32,918 nucleotides of DNA from Rhizaria sp. SCN 62-66 (taxonomy: Eukaryota), in assembly GCA_001724265.1 (NCBI GenBank), contig MEDY01000393.1, forward strand, positions 1-32,918. The letters are read 5' to 3'. Below the pieces are notes generated by a model that made no database searches, had not been told where the DNA came from, and saw only the letters and a program-made list of their open reading frames with translations. The position numbers and the translations under genes were made by a program. This document shows positions 29,874 through 32,918 of the stretch, one piece after another. How positions within the stretch are numbered: the stretch's first letter is position 1; the number at the start of each line of letters is the position of its first letter.

Positions 29874-29954
29874 GGTGTCTTACCAAAGTGGTTACTGGGA
29901 CTGACTACTAATCAGTTGCCCTCGGGCGCGTGTGTTCGAATCACACAGACATCG
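29874..29954 (+). tRNA. tRNA-Ser(ACT), unusual anticodon, copy 2
   Basis: Same cloverleaf, ACT at 29907-29909, variable arm TGCCCTCGGGCGC, T5 downstream. Confidence 0.93.
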
Positions 29955-30329
29955 TGTTTGTCTTTTTGTTTGGGCTTACGTTGCCCGCGCACGCAATCCT
30001 TGCTGCGCTCATGTGCCTGGACCTGGAGCATTCCTGTACTAGTATCATCTTTTTTTGTCCCACCGACCGACGGCCAATAGCAGTCACGCTTCCTATTAAT
30101 GCTACCGTCACCGGCAGACGCCGCACAGCCACAGTACCGGTTGCTCGCGTGCCAGACAACAGTGCAGTATTAATAACAATGTTTTCAGTGACGTTTCAAG
30201 TTGCGGCCGACAGTACACAGTTGCTGTGACCCTCAACCTATTTGCCTCATGTGCCCTGACTGCGACAGCTTGCTCACAGACGCGCTCTTAATGTTGCTCT
30301 CACTCAAGCTGCAGCAACCGCTGTCTACT

Positions 30330-30351
30330 TACTAGTACTAGTACTAGTACT
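30330..30351. repeat. Self-complementary hexamer microsatellite (ACTAGT)3+
   Basis: tactagtactagtactagtact. Confidence 0.8.
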
Positions 30352-30540
30352 GTGAAATCTGCGATAAAGAGTTGGCAGTGTTACGACCGATGACAACAGT
30401 GACTGTTGCTGATTCATGTGGATGGATCTTGTAATCTGTGACGGCTCTGGGGGTCTGCGGGGATCCAAAAAAGAATGAGCGGTCGGATGAGCGCACTGAA
30501 GGTGGGCGGATTCGGATTGCGAAATCCGACAAAAAGAAAG

Positions 30541-30621
30541 CGATGTCGATGAGATTCGAACTCACGCGCCCGAAGGCAGAAGATTTCTAGTCTTCCACAG
30601 TAACCACTTTGTTACGACACC
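30541..30621 (-). tRNA. tRNA-Ser(AGA), second copy
   Basis: Reverse complement of 29392-29472, with a T-run downstream on the minus strand. Confidence 0.95.
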
Positions 30622-31528
30622 GTATATATCCTGTCGAAACACGTTGTAAGGATTGAAAGGAGATGTCTCGGCGCGCCAAATTTAATGTATATATTATTAT
30701 CTGACTAAAAGTTTGTATTGGCGATTTCTCTACAGGATATGGTTATTAATCTGATTTAAACACATAATAATTAATATCAGTATAGATTTAACATAATAGC
30801 ATGCTTAGATATAAAGATCAACTCATCAAGCGACAGATACGGTTGGTTACGGCTCCTGCCGAATGAACTGAAACTACGCTCAATTTCATTGTTCACGAAC
30901 AAAATTACACAGATTTGTATCACGTAGACTCTCTTAAAATCAACAGCCGAAAAAAACGGCATATGTCTTGTTATCATTGGTTTTCGCGTGGTCACGCTAC
31001 TCCATCAAACTCAATGTCAACGATTTGTGTGCGTCGTATTCCCAGAAAAGAAGCGAGATAAGACTTTTTCCTTCATGCCTAACGCACAGCACCTAACGCA
31101 CAGCATTGTTCGGCCAACAATCAACACAGGCACATGCAAATCATTACAATCCAAGAACGATCCTGATTCGATTTTCATCAACAAACAAACTCACTCATCG
31201 TTCGCCGTTGAGCTTGACCCCAATAGCGTCTCTGTTTCCCTTAAGATCCCGTTCTGAAACTTCAATTTAAAAACAATGATCGCGTTTTTCTTTAAACTTT
31301 TCGTGCTCATAATACCTTTGCCAACATTGTAAAATGTTTACAAATGCCAAAGAACTTTTCAAAGCTTGGTTACATCAATTTTTGTTAACTTGAATAATTT
31401 ATAGGTCTTAATAGCTTAAATCTTCGGCAGAATGATAAGAAGTCGCCTTATTGCGGCATTGCGAATCTCGCAGCAATCGCTTACTTTTTGATCGCAGTTC
31501 TGGCTCGAATCTAAGATGTAAGCAACAT

Positions 31529-31609
31529 GGTGTCTTACCAAAGTGGTTACTGGGACTGACTACTAATCAGTTGCCCTCGGGCGCGTGTGTTCGAATCACA
31601 CAGACATCG
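31529..31609 (+). tRNA. tRNA-Ser(ACT), unusual anticodon, copy 3
   Basis: Same sequence as copy 2, ACT at 31562-31564, long T-run terminator. Confidence 0.93.
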
Positions 31610-32177
31610 TTCTTTTTTTTTTTGTTCTGCCCTTCCGCGCGCGCAACGCACCTGGCGCATGCCAAGATGTTTTTTTTGTTGTTGATCAATCGCCATTTCG
31701 AGAAGTTACTGAAGCACTGCTGATTGTGATCATGCTCGTTAGATCGTGGACGGACATGAACGAAGCAGTGGAGCGCGCGCAGTGCCACTGACAGTCATGT
31801 GATGCAGTGACAGACGTCGTTTCTACTATTGTACTAGTACTAAAAAGTAGTAACATTACTGTACTACCAATAGTAAGCTTACTTAATAAGCTTAACTGTT
31901 TACTTGTCCAAAAAGTAAATAGTGCCGATTGAAGGGTTCGGATGAGGAAGTACTGTAATCGACCAGAGATCAAGGTGTGTGTCCTTGGTGCCCACTGTGG
32001 GCATGTATTAAAATTAATAGAGCCACATGCCGTCCGCGAGCTTGGGCCGTCGAGGGTGTCGACTGCGCTGTGGGGGGCGGAACGCACCAAATTGGGCGTG
32101 TGCAAGTGCGAACAGCCAAAATTTTTTATGAAAAGCAGTCGCTTTGAGCGGCGGCTTGGGAGCGGGCAAAAAAAAGG

Positions 32178-32249
32178 TGCGCTATCCGTGAATCGAACAC
32201 GGCTCTAATCGTTGGCAACGATCAATCATAACCACTAGACCAATAGCGC
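32178..32249 (-). tRNA. tRNA-Gly(GCC)
   Basis: Acceptor GCGCTAT/ATAGCGC, anticodon arm GATCG-TTGCCAA-CGATT, T arm CCGTG-TTCGATT-CACGG, A73, T-run terminator. Confidence 0.93.
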
Positions 32250-32607
32250 TTTCAAATCAATGAATTGATGAGATATTCAAGTAAATCTTAGTTATATTAA
32301 CCATAGTTAAAAAAGAATTTGTCGATATATATCTTCATGAATACTTGTTGTTAACACATCGATAATTCCAAATTGTAAAAAAGTCATTGAAATGTCTTTT
32401 ATTTATGTGCTGACTTCATTCACCCAAATGTTCGGAGCCTTTCGCGGAACACCAATCATGGCAACGACCATCAAAGGAAGAAAACACAACGAGATGTATT
32501 CAATTTACTGTGTCTTGTTGAGACTACTTATTCTAAATAAAAGCATGAATATGAACAAAAGGCTAAATAACTTAAATTAAGGGTTGTCACGAAATAGTAA
32601 AGTGTGT

Positions 32608-32918
32608 TTACGTTTTGCCAAAGGCGTCGCCGCTCTGCGCCCTGTTAAACTCGTTGCACAACGACTTGACCCAGTAGCACGCACTGGCCTTGCCACCAAC
32701 GAGGTTGCGCACAGTCACCTTGCCCGCATCCCCATCAAGGAGCACCGGGACCGCGGTAGCCGTCCCGGCGCCAGAGCCCGCGCCGCCGGCAGCCCACACG
32801 CCAGCCCCGGCCGCCGCGGCCGCCGCGGCAGCCACGGCCGCGGGCGTGGGCGCCGCCGCGGAGCCCGCCGCGGCCGCAGTGGCCGCTGCAGTGGCCGCCG
32901 CCGTGGCCGCGGCCGCGG
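32608..32918 (-). CDS. 3' end of an Ala-rich protein that starts outside the window
   Basis: GC-rich open frame from the window edge ending ...GKVTVRNLVGGKASACYWVKSLCNEFNRAQSGDAFGKT, then TAA. Composition switches abruptly to AT-rich after the stop. Confidence 0.65.
   Translation of the reverse strand, partial: AAAATAAATAAATAAAAGSAAAPTPAAVAAAAAAAAGAGVWAAGGAGSGAGTATAVPVLLDGDAGKVTVRNLVGGKASACYWVKSLCNEFNRAQSGDAFGKT

Noticed and set aside
29703-29954. Repeat-spacer-repeat pattern as a CRISPR array
   Set aside because: The repeats are 81-nt tRNA genes, the context is eukaryotic, and there are no cas genes.
29392-31609. Reading the Ser tRNAs as amber (CTA) suppressors because each anticodon loop begins with CTA
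   Set aside because: The 5-bp stems close 7-nt loops in which CTA is positions 32-34. The anticodons (34-36) are AGA and ACT.
29745-32580. Short ORFs in the tRNA cluster region
   Set aside because: They overlap tRNAs or AT-rich spacer and show no coding bias or motifs.

Overview
This is eukaryotic nuclear DNA, probably from a protist. Genes are GC-rich, Ala-rich and intron-poor, and are separated by AT-richer spacers. Recognisable genes are a PIN-LIKES/auxin-efflux-carrier (AEC) family transporter, an SLC52-like riboflavin transporter, cytosolic leucyl-tRNA synthetase, FKBP12, ALG2, Tousled-like kinase and CDC5L/Cef1. There are also several unknown genes and a cluster of six tRNA genes near the right end. 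Two signals point to non-standard decoding. (1) Three intact copies of a serine tRNA carry the anticodon ACT, which eukaryotes normally avoid because I34 could also read AGA (Arg), and AGA is very scarce in the coding regions. (2) Three in-frame TAG codons lie inside otherwise open, coding-like frames (268-270, 733-735, 9135-9137), while none of the 11 predicted gene ends uses TAG (5 TAA, 6 TGA). This suggests UAG reassignment or read-through, but pseudogenisation and TAG splice acceptors are not excluded. A ~1.0-1.2 kb segmental duplication of a head-to-head promoter region appears to have created a chimeric gene at the left edge. All family assignments come from motif recognition, not database searches.
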